From the IMG/VR virus record IMGVR_UViG_3300012954_004455, positions 1 through 64,000 of that record: DNA of 64,000 bases; one strand, given 5' to 3'. Under the pieces are notes generated by a model that was not told where the DNA came from, did no database searches, and saw only the letters and a program-made list of their open reading frames with translations. The translations under genes and the position numbers were made by a program. The DNA is from a virus. Below, piece by piece: positions 1 through 10,661 of the stretch (positions are counted from its first letter, which is position 1; each line of letters starts with the position of its first letter).

Positions 1-1
1 G

Positions 2-2893
2 CCCTCTACAACCACTCCCCAATTCAACCAACAACTATCCGCCTCTAAAGGATCAGGCTCGCCCCTATCCCCCGAAACAAAAGCATACATGGAACCCCGG
101 TTCGGCGCAGACTTCTCCCCCGTCCGAATCCACACAGGCCAGAATGCCATCAGCATGAACAACCAAATCAGCGCGAAGGCATTCACCCACCAAAATGACA
201 TCTACTTCAACCAAGGGCAATACAATCCCGATTCCTCCAGCGGCAAACACCTCCTCGCCCACGAACTAACCCACACCATCCAACAAGGAGCTGCCGTCCA
301 ACGAAAACCCCAAATCTCCACCAACGCCCAACCCAAAATACAAAGAGGCATCAGCGACATGCTCAATGATGTCGCCCGACAAATCCCAGGATACACCCTA
401 TTCACCGTCATCATCGGCCACAACCCCATCACGGGAGACTCCGTAGAAAGAACCCCAACCAACTTCGTTGGAGGATTCCTCGGTTTACTCCCTGGCGGAA
501 CTGCCCTCTTCGACAAGCTCAAAGAAACAGGCGCAATCGAAGACATGATGACATGGCTCGGCAACGAAATCAAACAACTCGGAATCACTTGGTCATACCT
601 CAAAGGACTCATAAACGATATCTGGGACGATGTATCAATCACCTATAGCTGGAACACTAACTACGGAATCGCCAAACGATACCTCGCAGAACCCTACAAC
701 CGAGTCAAAAGGTTCGTCAAAAACATCGCCAACAAAGTAAAGGAACTCATCTTCATAGGAGCCCTCAAACTTGTAGGCGCACCCGTCGAAACCGTCATGG
801 GCATCATCAACAAAGGCGCAAGCGTCTTAACCAAAATCTTCTCCGACCCAATCGGTTTCATCAAAAACCTCTTCAAAGGACTAAAACTCGGACTCGACGG
901 CTTCGTCCTCCGAATCCAAAAACACGTCCTCAACGGCCTCACAGGATGGCTCTTCGGATCAATGGCCGAAGCAGGCATACAAATGCCACAAAAGTTCGAC
1001 CTCAAAGGTGTATTCCAATTACTCGCCCAATTACTCGGACTCACATACCAACAGATCCGAACCCAAATCGTAAACAAACTCGGCAAAAAGGGCGAAACCA
1101 TCGTCTCAACCCTCGAAACCTCCTTCGAATTCGTCCAAATCCTCCTCACAGGTGGCCCCCTCGCTCTCTGGGATCACATCAAACAATCCCTCTCCGACCT
1201 CAAACAAACAGTCGTAGATGGAATCAAAGACTACCTCATCAAAACCGTAGTCAAAGAGGGCATATTCTGGATACTCGGACTCATAAACCCCGCAGGAGCA
1301 CTCGTCAAGGTCGTCAAAACCCTCGTGAACGTCGTCATGTTCTTCGTAGAACGCTTCCAACAAATCGTCGACTTCGCCAAATCCATCTTTGACGCCGTCG
1401 GCAAAATCGCCTCAGGCGACCTCAAGCAGGCTGCCAAAGCCGTCGAAAACGCAATCGCGAAGAGTCTCCCCGTAATGATCGGATTCCTCGCCAACCTCAT
1501 CGGCCTAGGTGGCCTCGCCAAATCCGTCGTCAACATCATGAAGAAAATCGGCGACAAGGTCAAAAACGTCATCAACAAGGTCGTAGCATGGATCGCCAAG
1601 AAAGGACGCAAACTCTTCAAAAAGATCAAGACCAAGAGCAAAGACCTCGTTGGAGGCCTCGTAAAATGGAAAGAGGTCAAAAAAGGCTTCCAAACCCACG
1701 ACAAAAAGAAACACAAAATATATGTAGAGAAGTCCAAGAAGAAGGCCAAGGTAATGGTTGCGAGTGTACCGAAAGAACTAGACGATATCCTGAAACTGAG
1801 AGTCCTACCCCTCTCTAGCAAAGACTACAATACAGCAATCGCAAAATACCAAGAACTCCAAGACGCAAACGATGAGTTCGAAGCCCTCAAATCAAAGTAT
1901 AACCTAGACCATATCTTCTACTCAGGGAAAAAAGGAAACACCCTCCAACAACGAAAAGGTCAAGGAGCAATGCCCAAAAAGCTTATGAGCGAAATTTCAG
2001 GCATCTCCGCAAAATACCACCATCATTTTAATACCCTCTCAGACCTCCTCAAAAAGTACGGCCTAGAAGGGATACACCCCCACGCTGTCACCACACAAAT
2101 AAACGTGGCATACAACAGCCATGGCATGCCACTCAACGGCCTCGCCAAACCCCTCACTGCACTCCCAGGCAATACCAAAGGAGCAAAGGCAAGTGCTGCC
2201 GTAACCGCAATCCAAGGACAAGAGTACATCGGAATCTTACGAAGTATATACGGGGTACACACCCAGATATACCACCGAACACACATGATTCACGATCGTC
2301 TCCATGGCCCTGCCACAGACGCAAACCTCGTATACGCCACCAAAAACCTCAACCACAGCTTCATCAACATGGAGCATGATGTCATCCGCCGTGTCTACAA
2401 ACCTGGCGAAATCATGTACTTCCACGTATCACAAATCCTCTATAACGCAAAACATAAATGGTTCGCCCGAAAGTTCGTCGCAGCTTGGGGCTACATGAAG
2501 ATCACCAGCCTAGGGCCTCCAGTAACAGTCGATAACGATTCAAAAAGAGAGAAAGGCCAAGGATCATTCGAAGATGATGCGCCACCAGAAATAACAGCAG
2601 AACAAAAGCCGCTACGCTCTCTAACAGGCGCAAAGGTCGCGGCTCTTGGAACAGCCCTAGGTATCGCTCCACCAACCGACTTCGCAAAACGATTCCGCGC
2701 CCTCAGTACTCCAAGAAGAGTCAATGGCAAAAACCTCGCACGAATGCCACTCCTAGACAGCATCAAAGCTCTCTATGGAAGCTCAATGGGAATCAGCAGA
2801 GGCTACCAACCTCACGAAGCCCCAGACACAACCTTCCTCCAACAACTAGAAACGGAAGCACATAACAGAAACATCGAAATCGTATTGAAGTAG
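2..2893 (+). CDS. DUF4157 (eCIS core) domain polymorphic toxin with C-terminal DNA/RNA non-specific endonuclease-like domain; 5'-truncated by the window edge
   Basis: Frame is open from base 2 (PSTTTPQFNQQLSASKGSGSPL...). DUF4157 motif MEPRFGADFSPVRIHT...AKAFT...LLAHELTHTIQQ, then a long helical middle region. C-terminal HRTHMIHDRLHGP...NLVY...N resembles the Endonuclease_NS_2 His-Me motif. Confidence 0.85.
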   Translation, partial: PSTTTPQFNQQLSASKGSGSPLSPETKAYMEPRFGADFSPVRIHTGQNAISMNNQISAKAFTHQNDIYFNQGQYNPDSSSGKHLLAHELTHTIQQGAAVQRKPQISTNAQPKIQRGISDMLNDVARQIPGYTLFTVIIGHNPITGDSVERTPTNFVGGFLGLLPGGTALFDKLKETGAIEDMMTWLGNEIKQLGITWSYLKGLINDIWDDVSITYSWNTNYGIAKRYLAEPYNRVKRFVKNIANKVKELIFIGALKLVGAPVETVMGIINKGASVLTKIFSDPIGFIKNLFKGLKLGLDGFVLRIQKHVLNGLTGWLFGSMAEAGIQMPQKFDLKGVFQLLAQLLGLTYQQIRTQIVNKLGKKGETIVSTLETSFEFVQILLTGGPLALWDHIKQSLSDLKQTVVDGIKDYLIKTVVKEGIFWILGLINPAGALVKVVKTLVNVVMFFVERFQQIVDFAKSIFDAVGKIASGDLKQAAKAVENAIAKSLPVMIGFLANLIGLGGLAKSVVNIMKKIGDKVKNVINKVVAWIAKKGRKLFKKIKTKSKDLVGGLVKWKEVKKGFQTHDKKKHKIYVEKSKKKAKVMVASVPKELDDILKLRVLPLSSKDYNTAIAKYQELQDANDEFEALKSKYNLDHIFYSGKKGNTLQQRKGQGAMPKKLMSEISGISAKYHHHFNTLSDLLKKYGLEGIHPHAVTTQINVAYNSHGMPLNGLAKPLTALPGNTKGAKASAAVTAIQGQEYIGILRSIYGVHTQIYHRTHMIHDRLHGPATDANLVYATKNLNHSFINMEHDVIRRVYKPGEIMYFHVSQILYNAKHKWFARKFVAAWGYMKITSLGPPVTVDNDSKREKGQGSFEDDAPPEITAEQKPLRSLTGAKVAALGTALGIAPPTDFAKRFRALSTPRRVNGKNLARMPLLDSIKALYGSSMGISRGYQPHEAPDTTFLQQLETEAHNRNIEIVLK

Positions 2894-2915
2894 GCCTAAG
2901 TCAATACACACACAT

Positions 2916-3584
2916 ATGGAACCCATAAATTACTTCCAAGAAGTAAATACCCTCATTCAATCCCTCCAACAAACAAAAGGGATTGTCACTACCCAAACCA
3001 TCCTCATACCTGGCCCAGGCCTCCAAGCCATCTCCAACCTCCAAACCAAACTCAACATAACCCTCCCCCCAGAAGTCGCCAACTTCTACGCCCAAATAGA
3101 ATACGCCCGCCTACTATGGGAAATGCCAGACACCTCCCATATCTCCCCCATACACACCTACCTCCCCAATGTCACCATAAGAGGCGGCTTCGAATTCATC
3201 CGCCTAACGGAATCCATCCAAGGCCCCAAGGGCTACCCCAACTGGAAAGGAATCATATGGACAGAAGACATGCACCCCGCTGACCTCAACGAATTCACCC
3301 AATACAAACCATTCTACTTCAACCCTTGGGACGAAGCCGAATCCACTTCCCTCTCCATCCAAAACAACCACCTCCTCTCCCACCAAACCCACTTCATCAA
3401 CAACGATGGAGCCCCCTTCGACCTAAACCTCTCCTTCACCCAATACTTCCGCCTCATCATCACCACCAAAGCCTTCATCAACAGAGAAAGCGCCTACCTC
3501 TTCCAACAAAGCCCCGAATACCACCAACTCACCCAATACCTCCCCCAAGCCTTCCCAAACATAAACCTATCTCCCTTCTTCTAG
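2916..3584 (+). CDS. SMI1/KNR4-like immunity protein
   Basis: ISNLQTKLNITLPPEVANFY matches the SMI1/KNR4 N-terminal pattern, and SFTQYFRLII resembles its C-terminal pattern; lies directly after a nuclease toxin gene. Confidence 0.7.
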   Translation: MEPINYFQEVNTLIQSLQQTKGIVTTQTILIPGPGLQAISNLQTKLNITLPPEVANFYAQIEYARLLWEMPDTSHISPIHTYLPNVTIRGGFEFIRLTESIQGPKGYPNWKGIIWTEDMHPADLNEFTQYKPFYFNPWDEAESTSLSIQNNHLLSHQTHFINNDGAPFDLNLSFTQYFRLIITTKAFINRESAYLFQQSPEYHQLTQYLPQAFPNINLSPFF

Positions 3585-3620
3585 CGTTTCTCTGATAGTC
3601 TCCTTCCCCTCAAAAAGATA

Positions 3621-3635
3621 CCGTAAAAACACCCT
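3621..3635 (+). promoter_or_regulatory. Conserved upstream motif CCGTAAAAACACCCT (copy before toxin 2)
   Basis: Identical 15-mer at 7169-7183; both lie 72-73 nt before the likely ATG. Confidence 0.45.
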
Positions 3636-3692
3636 TGGATTCTCCCCAAAAGAGTGATATCATTACATGCCGCAAACCTTTTCGCCAATATA

Positions 3693-6600
3693 ATGTTCAA
3701 GACCCCATTTGTATATGCTTCCCGTAAACCTATACCACAATCAAGAGCAATTGCAAATACAGTAGGTTTACAAACAAAGCTCAAAATAGGAGTTCCTAAT
3801 GACCACTTCGAACAAGAAGCGGACGCAACCGCTGATAGGGTAACCTCAACCCCAGAAACCCAAATTCAAACAACTCTCTGGCCAAATATCTCCCTAAAAT
3901 CTAGATCCGTCAATACCAAACCCTTCCTCCAACGAATGCTTGAATCACAAGCTCCTGAGGAAGACATGACCGAAGAAGCCCCCGAAGAATCCATACAAAC
4001 AAAGCCCTTCATCCAACGTACCATCTCCCAACCACCCAACGACGACACTCCCTCCATACAACCCTCATCCGAATCATCCCCCTCCACAACCACACCCCAA
4101 TTCAACCAACAACTATCCGCCTCTAAAGGATCAGGCTCGCCCCTATCCCCCGAAACAAAAGCATACATGGAACCCCGATTCGGCGCAGACTTCTCCCCCG
4201 TCCGAATCCACACAAACCAGAATGCCATCAGCATGAACAACCAAATCAGTGCGAAGGCCTTCACTCACCAAAACGACATCTACTTTAACCAAGGACAATA
4301 CAACCCTGATTCCTCCAGCGGCAAACACCTCCTAGCCCACGAACTAACCCACACCATCCAACAAGGATCCGCAGTCCAACGAAAACCCCAAATCTCCACC
4401 AACGCCCAACCTAACATACAACGAGGCATCAGCGAAACCCTCAACAATATCGTCAAACAAATCCCTGGCTATACCCTCTTCACCGTCATCATAGGCAGAA
4501 ACCCCATCACAGGAGACTCCGTAGCAAGAACCCCCAATAACTTCGTAGGAGGCTTCCTTAGCTTACTCCCTGGCGGAACTGCCCTCTTCAAAAAACTCCA
4601 AAAAACGGGAGCAATCGAAAACATGATGACATGGCTAGACAATGAAATTATACAACTCGGAATCACTTGGTCATACCTCAAAAGGATTATTAATTATATC
4701 TGGAATGAAGTTTCAGTAGTAAACAGTTGGAGCACAAACTACCAAATCGCCAAAAAACACCTCGCAGCACCTTATAACCGCCTCAAACGATTCGTCAAAA
4801 ATATCATAAACAAAGTAAAAGAGTTCATCTTCATAGGAGCACTCAAAGTCGTAGGAGCTCCCATAAAGACCGTAATGGGAATTCTCAACAAAGGGGCAAA
4901 CATTATCCAAAAGATCTTCTCTGATCCAATCGGTTTCATCCAAAACCTATTCAGGGGAATAAAACTCGGACTCAACGGCTTCATACTCCGAATCCAAAAG
5001 CACATGCTCAACGGACTCACAGGCTGGCTCTTCGGATCAATGAGCAAAGCAGGTATCCAAATGCCAAAAAAGTTCGATCTCAAAGGCGTATTTCAACTTA
5101 TCACTCAACTACTCGGCCTCACATATCAACAGATTCGCCCCCAAATCGTAAAAAGATTCGGTAGAAAGGGAGAGACAATCGTCTCAACCCTCGAAACCTC
5201 ATTCAAGGTCGTCCAATTGCTTCGAAAAAAAGGCCCTATAGCACTCTGGACTCACATCAAACAATCCCTATCCGACCTCAAAAAAACCGTAGTAGACGGA
5301 ATCAAAGACTACCTCATCAAAACCGTAGTTAAAGAAGGAATATTCTGGATACTCGGCCTCATAAACCCAGCAGGAGCACTCCTAAAGGTCGCCAAAACCC
5401 TCGTGAACGTCGTCATGTTCTTCGTCGAACGATTCCAGCAAATCGTCGCCTTCGCCAAATCTATCTTTGACGCCGTTGGCAAAATCGCCTCAGGCGACCT
5501 CAAACAAGCAGCCAAAGCCGTTGAAAACGCAATCGCCAAAAGCCTCCCAGTAATGATAGGCTTCCTCGCCAACCTCATCGGCCTCGGTGGCCTCGCCAAA
5601 AGCGTCGTAAACATCATGAAGCGCATTGGAAATAAAATCAAAAACGTAATCAACAAGATCATTGACTGGATCGTCAAAAAAGGGAAGAAACTCTTCAAGA
5701 AGCTTAAAGCAAAAAGAACAAACCAAGTAGGAAACCTCTTCAAATGGCAAAAGATGAGGAAGAATTTCCAAACTCCTGACAAAAAGATACATAAGATATA
5801 TGTAGAAAAAACAAAGAAGAAAAAGGCTCAAATAATGGTCGCAAGTGTTCCGGATAAGCTAAAAAACGTCCTCGATGCTAAAATTAAAAACAAATCAAAA
5901 GAGGATTATGATAAAGCAATAGAAATATACAAGGCTCTTGGGCAAGTAGAACAACAATTCAATGCTATATCAAAAAAATACAACTTAGACGAGCGGCTAT
6001 ACCAAGAGAAAAAACAAGGAAGATACACACACAAAAATCAACAAGGAGCAATATCACAAGAGGCTAAATCCGCAATAGCAGGGTTAGCTACAGACTATTA
6101 CAAGAGACTCTCTACTCTCTCAGATATCCTGAAGAAATACGAACTAGAAAATGTACTTCCTGAAACAGTCAAGACTAAAATAGAAGTAACCGCCTCAGTA
6201 AACGATGGAATGCCAGCAAACGGAAAAGCGAACCCATTGACAATGCTCCCAGGAAACACTAAAGGGCAGAAGGCAGATGAGGCCAAGGAAAGAATTAAAG
6301 GGCAAGACTACCTCGAAATTATGAGGGATATATACAAACGAGAAAGCTATCTATATCACCGAACCCATGTAATTCACGACCGCCTTCATGGCCCTGCAAC
6401 ACGAAACAACCTCGTATATGCCCATAAAAACCTCAATCATAGCTTCGTAAATATGGAACACGATATAATTCGACGGGTATACAAACGAGGAGAAATCATG
6501 TATTTCCATGTATCAAAAATCCAATACAACGCAACGCATAAGTGGTTAGCCAAACAATTTCATGGACAATGGGGATATATGAAAGTCATTGACCCAGGTC

Positions 6601-7004
6601 CCCCAGTAAAACTCGAAAATGACCCCAAGAGAGACAGCGGATCAGGCAAATTTCAATATGATGAACCCCTCGAACTAAAAGAGGATCAAAAACCAATACG
6701 CTACCTAACAGGTGAGAAAGTTGTCAAACTAGGTGAAGCCCTTGGCCTCACTCCACCAACTGATTTCGCTACACGATTCAAGGCCCTCAAGAATTCATCT
6801 GGTCCTGATGCTATTATTATCAGGAAACGAACTGATAACGGGATGGTCGAATACAACTTCAAAGGACTCGAATTCCCAACCCTAATAGACCAATACTACA
6901 ATTACAGAACCAAGTACAAGGACTTCATAGTGTCCGACACTGAATTTGTTAAACAATTAAAAAAGGAAGCACACGAACGAAACATCAAGATTACCCTAAA
7001 ATAG
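3693..7004 (+). CDS. DUF4157 domain polymorphic nuclease toxin, copy 2
   Basis: LQTKLKIGVPNDHFEQEADATADRV N-terminal motif, HELTH motif, HRTHVIHDRLHGPA nuclease motif. ATG 3693 preferred over GTG 3654 by comparison with copy 3. Confidence 0.85.
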   Translation: MFKTPFVYASRKPIPQSRAIANTVGLQTKLKIGVPNDHFEQEADATADRVTSTPETQIQTTLWPNISLKSRSVNTKPFLQRMLESQAPEEDMTEEAPEESIQTKPFIQRTISQPPNDDTPSIQPSSESSPSTTTPQFNQQLSASKGSGSPLSPETKAYMEPRFGADFSPVRIHTNQNAISMNNQISAKAFTHQNDIYFNQGQYNPDSSSGKHLLAHELTHTIQQGSAVQRKPQISTNAQPNIQRGISETLNNIVKQIPGYTLFTVIIGRNPITGDSVARTPNNFVGGFLSLLPGGTALFKKLQKTGAIENMMTWLDNEIIQLGITWSYLKRIINYIWNEVSVVNSWSTNYQIAKKHLAAPYNRLKRFVKNIINKVKEFIFIGALKVVGAPIKTVMGILNKGANIIQKIFSDPIGFIQNLFRGIKLGLNGFILRIQKHMLNGLTGWLFGSMSKAGIQMPKKFDLKGVFQLITQLLGLTYQQIRPQIVKRFGRKGETIVSTLETSFKVVQLLRKKGPIALWTHIKQSLSDLKKTVVDGIKDYLIKTVVKEGIFWILGLINPAGALLKVAKTLVNVVMFFVERFQQIVAFAKSIFDAVGKIASGDLKQAAKAVENAIAKSLPVMIGFLANLIGLGGLAKSVVNIMKRIGNKIKNVINKIIDWIVKKGKKLFKKLKAKRTNQVGNLFKWQKMRKNFQTPDKKIHKIYVEKTKKKKAQIMVASVPDKLKNVLDAKIKNKSKEDYDKAIEIYKALGQVEQQFNAISKKYNLDERLYQEKKQGRYTHKNQQGAISQEAKSAIAGLATDYYKRLSTLSDILKKYELENVLPETVKTKIEVTASVNDGMPANGKANPLTMLPGNTKGQKADEAKERIKGQDYLEIMRDIYKRESYLYHRTHVIHDRLHGPATRNNLVYAHKNLNHSFVNMEHDIIRRVYKRGEIMYFHVSKIQYNATHKWLAKQFHGQWGYMKVIDPGPPVKLENDPKRDSGSGKFQYDEPLELKEDQKPIRYLTGEKVVKLGEALGLTPPTDFATRFKALKNSSGPDAIIIRKRTDNGMVEYNFKGLEFPTLIDQYYNYRTKYKDFIVSDTEFVKQLKKEAHERNIKITLK

Positions 7005-7168
7005 CCCTAAACCAATGCACACACATATATAAAACCTATCTCAAATCGTTCCATGAGCTAATAAAAATAAACCCAGGCAACGAACTATGTAGAAGTCAAT
7101 GGTTAACAAAAACAATGAATACATCAATTCACCCACCTAAAAGAATCTACAAACAATCCCCAAAAACA

Positions 7169-7183
7169 CCGTAAAAACACCCT
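7169..7183 (+). promoter_or_regulatory. Conserved upstream motif CCGTAAAAACACCCT (copy before toxin 3)
   Basis: Identical to 3621-3635. Confidence 0.45.
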
Positions 7184-7241
7184 AGCATCCCCCAACAAAG
7201 AGACGTATTATTACACTTACAAGAAACTCTCTCCATTCCAA

Positions 7242-10200
7242 ATGTTTACGTATACGCTCTCTCACAATTCACGTAAGCCCATACCCCAATCAAAAGCAAT
7301 TGCAAACACATTCGGCTTACAACCCAAGCTTAAAATCGGCGCGCCCAACGACCACTTCGAACAAGAAGCAGATGCAACCGCCGATAGAATAACTTCAACC
7401 CCCGACACCCAAATACAAACAACTCCATGGCCCAACATTTCACTTACATCGAGAAACATCCATACAAAGTCCTTCCTCCAACGAATGCTTGAACCCCAAG
7501 CCCCCGAAGAGAAAACAACGGAGGAAACAGTAGACGAATCCATACAAACCCAATCCCTTGTCCAACGTTCCGCGTCTCCCCAAGACAACGACGACACTCC
7601 CTCCATACAACCCTCTGCCGAATCATCCCCCTCCACAACAACCACTCAATTCAACCAACAGCTATCTGCCTCTAAAGGATCAGGCTCTCCCCTATCCCCC
7701 GAGACGCAAGCATACATGGAACCCCGATTCGGTGCAGACTTCTCCCCCGTCCGAATCCACACAAACCAGAATGCCATTAGCATGAGTAACCAAATCAATG
7801 CGAAGGCATTCACCCACCAAAACGACATCTACTTCAACCAAGGACAATACAACCCAACTTCCTCCAGCGGCAAACACCTCCTCGCCCACGAACTAACCCA
7901 CACCATCCAACAAGGAGCTGCCGTCCAACGAAAACCCCAAATCTCCACCAACGCCCAACCCTCCATACAGAGAGGGCTAGCCGATATGATCAATGATGTC
8001 GCAAGACAAGTTCCAGGCTACACCCTATTCACGGTAATCATCGGCCATAACCCCATCACAGGCGAAACCGTAAAACGAACAGCCTCAAACTTCGTCGGAG
8101 GCTTCCTCGGCCTAGTACCTGGCGGCACAGTCCTATTTGACAAACTGGAAGAAGCAGGAGCAGTTGAAGACATGATTACTTGGCTCTCCAATGAAATCAA
8201 ACAACTAGGCATAACCTGGTCATACCTAAAAGGACTCGTAGGCGATATCTGGGATGAAGTCTCCATCACATACAGCTGGGAAACAAACTTCGGGATCGCC
8301 AAAAAACACCTCGCAGACCCATACAATCGAGTCGTAAGGTTCGTCAAAAACATCATCAACAAAGTAAAAGAGATTATCTTCATCGGTGTCCTTAAACTTA
8401 TAGGAGCGCCTGTTGAAACGGTACTCGAAATCATAAAGAAAGGCAAAGGCGTCCTAGTTAAACTCTTCACTAGCCCTATTTCTTTCATCAAAAACCTCTT
8501 CAAAGGGCTCAAAAAAGGACTCGACGGATTCATCCTTCGAATCAGAAAGCATGTCCTCAACGGATTGACTGGATGGCTGTTCGGAGCAATGGCCTCAGAA
8601 GGTATCCAAATGCCCCAACAGTTCAATCTCAAAGGAGTATTCAGCCTAATCCTACAAATCCTCGGTGTAACCTATCAACAAATCCGACAAAAGATCGTCA
8701 AAAAGCTCGGGAACAAAGGGGAAATCATCATGTCTGGCCTAGAAGGAGCCTTCCAATTCTCCCAAATCCTCCTCAGAGATGGCCCAATCGCCCTTTGGGA
8801 AACCATCAAAGGCTCCCTCACAGACCTCAAACAAATGGCCATGGAAGGAATCCGAGAATACCTAGTCAAAACCGTCGTCAAAGAAGGTATACTATGGATA
8901 CTTGGAATCATCAACCCTGCAGGCGCACTCGTCAAAATCGTCAAAACACTCGTAAACGTAATCCTATTCTTCTCCGAACGATTCCACCAAATCCTAGATT
9001 TCGCCAACTCCGTCTTCAAAGCGATCACACAAATAGCAGATGGAGACGTGAAGAAGGCAGCCAAAGCGATAGAAGATGCAATTGCCCGTAGCCTCCCAAT
9101 CATGATTGGCTTCCTCGCCAACCTTCTCGGATTAGGAGGGCTCGCCAAAGCAGTCGTCAAGATTCTCAAGAAGATTGGCAAAAAGATACAGGCTATCATT
9201 CTCAAAGTTATCGCATGGGTCGTAAAGCAAGGCAAGAAGCTCTTTAAAGGAGCCAAGAAAATGGGTAGAAGGGGCAAACGCCTATTCGGGAAAATAGTCG
9301 ATTGGGCTTCTATGAAGCAAGGCTTTAAAACACCTGATAAAAAGAAACACAAGATATACATCGAGAAAGAAAAGGGTGGAGCCAAATTCATCGTTGCAAG
9401 TACCCCCACAAACTTGCTTACCATCCTTGACGAAGTCGTCAAACCACGTTCTCTCAGCGATTACAAAGCCGCAAAAGAACAATATGATAACTTAAACACC
9501 ATAACTGCCGACTTTGAATCCATCTCGAAGAAGTACAAACTAGACAAATACTTCTACACAGACACATCAGGCAAAATCAGAACCCAAAGAAACTCTAACA
9601 AAGGCCTAACAGAGGCACAAATTGAGGAGCTAGACAAAGCCAAAAAGAAAATATCAGGCATCACAAAGAAATACTACAATAGCCTCCTCATACTTTCAGA
9701 CATCATAAAGAAGTATAACCTTGAAGACCGAGGCCCCGTAACTGTACTTTCCAAACTAGAGTTCTTCCAAAAGAACGGCCTCCCCTCAGGAGTAAAGGCA
9801 GCTCCTCTAACTGCCTTAGCAGGAAACGTCATTGGAGCCCCCGCAGACAAAGCCATTGCCGAAGTACCAGGCAAAGAATACCTCAGAATCATGAAGGAAA
9901 TCTACGGCAAAAGCACCAAAGGCTACCCAAGAGTACATATCATTCATGATCGCCTGCATGGGCCAGCAGATAACAGGAACCTCGCATACTCCTCTAATTT
10001 CCTCAATCGGTCTTTCGTAAATATGGAACACGATGTCATAAGAAAAGTGTACAAGTCTGGAGTCATCATGAGATTCGAGGTAACAAACATCACATATGAC
10101 CAAAAGTTCAAATGGTTCGCCCGAGAGTTTCAAGCAGAATGGGAATACCTCCAAGTGAAGGAATACGACAAAACAAACCCTCAACTACAACCCGATAACT

Positions 10201-10595
10201 CCAAACCAAAGGGCAAAGGCGTATACCACGAAAAAAATCCGAACCATCCCCCACAATTATCTCAAGAAGAACAAAAACTCCCACATTTAGGAGGGAGCCA
10301 AGTCGTGGCATTCGCAACCCTCCTGAACCTAACCCCTCCAGCAAGTTTCGCCGAACGATTCGACCTGCTCAGAAAGGTATCGGGCCCAGGCGCAACAATC
10401 ACCCGCAAACGAATCGACGGCAAATCGATCACATACAACTTCCGAGGACTTCCCCTCCCAACCCTAATGAACCAATACTACAGCTACAGAACCCAACACC
10501 AACCTTTCTTAGGGGCAGATACAACATTCATCCAACAGCTCCAAACCGAAGCAGCAAATAGAAACATTCCCATAAACTTCCAAGCAAAAAGATAA
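7242..10595 (+). CDS. DUF4157 domain polymorphic nuclease toxin, copy 3
   Basis: Same architecture; YPRVHIIHDRLHGPADNRNL nuclease motif. Confidence 0.85.
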   Translation: MFTYTLSHNSRKPIPQSKAIANTFGLQPKLKIGAPNDHFEQEADATADRITSTPDTQIQTTPWPNISLTSRNIHTKSFLQRMLEPQAPEEKTTEETVDESIQTQSLVQRSASPQDNDDTPSIQPSAESSPSTTTTQFNQQLSASKGSGSPLSPETQAYMEPRFGADFSPVRIHTNQNAISMSNQINAKAFTHQNDIYFNQGQYNPTSSSGKHLLAHELTHTIQQGAAVQRKPQISTNAQPSIQRGLADMINDVARQVPGYTLFTVIIGHNPITGETVKRTASNFVGGFLGLVPGGTVLFDKLEEAGAVEDMITWLSNEIKQLGITWSYLKGLVGDIWDEVSITYSWETNFGIAKKHLADPYNRVVRFVKNIINKVKEIIFIGVLKLIGAPVETVLEIIKKGKGVLVKLFTSPISFIKNLFKGLKKGLDGFILRIRKHVLNGLTGWLFGAMASEGIQMPQQFNLKGVFSLILQILGVTYQQIRQKIVKKLGNKGEIIMSGLEGAFQFSQILLRDGPIALWETIKGSLTDLKQMAMEGIREYLVKTVVKEGILWILGIINPAGALVKIVKTLVNVILFFSERFHQILDFANSVFKAITQIADGDVKKAAKAIEDAIARSLPIMIGFLANLLGLGGLAKAVVKILKKIGKKIQAIILKVIAWVVKQGKKLFKGAKKMGRRGKRLFGKIVDWASMKQGFKTPDKKKHKIYIEKEKGGAKFIVASTPTNLLTILDEVVKPRSLSDYKAAKEQYDNLNTITADFESISKKYKLDKYFYTDTSGKIRTQRNSNKGLTEAQIEELDKAKKKISGITKKYYNSLLILSDIIKKYNLEDRGPVTVLSKLEFFQKNGLPSGVKAAPLTALAGNVIGAPADKAIAEVPGKEYLRIMKEIYGKSTKGYPRVHIIHDRLHGPADNRNLAYSSNFLNRSFVNMEHDVIRKVYKSGVIMRFEVTNITYDQKFKWFAREFQAEWEYLQVKEYDKTNPQLQPDNSKPKGKGVYHEKNPNHPPQLSQEEQKLPHLGGSQVVAFATLLNLTPPASFAERFDLLRKVSGPGATITRKRIDGKSITYNFRGLPLPTLMNQYYSYRTQHQPFLGADTTFIQQLQTEAANRNIPINFQAKR

Positions 10596-10596
10596 C

Positions 10597-10629
10597 AAAA
10601 GGGGTACTCCACTACTGGAATACCCCTTT
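10597..10629. terminator. Probable bidirectional intrinsic terminator
   Basis: AAAAGGGGTACTCC-ACTACT-GGAATACCCCTTT hairpin between convergent genes. Confidence 0.7.
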
Positions 10630-10661
10630 CCTATAAACCAAACACTAGTAAGACAAACTAC

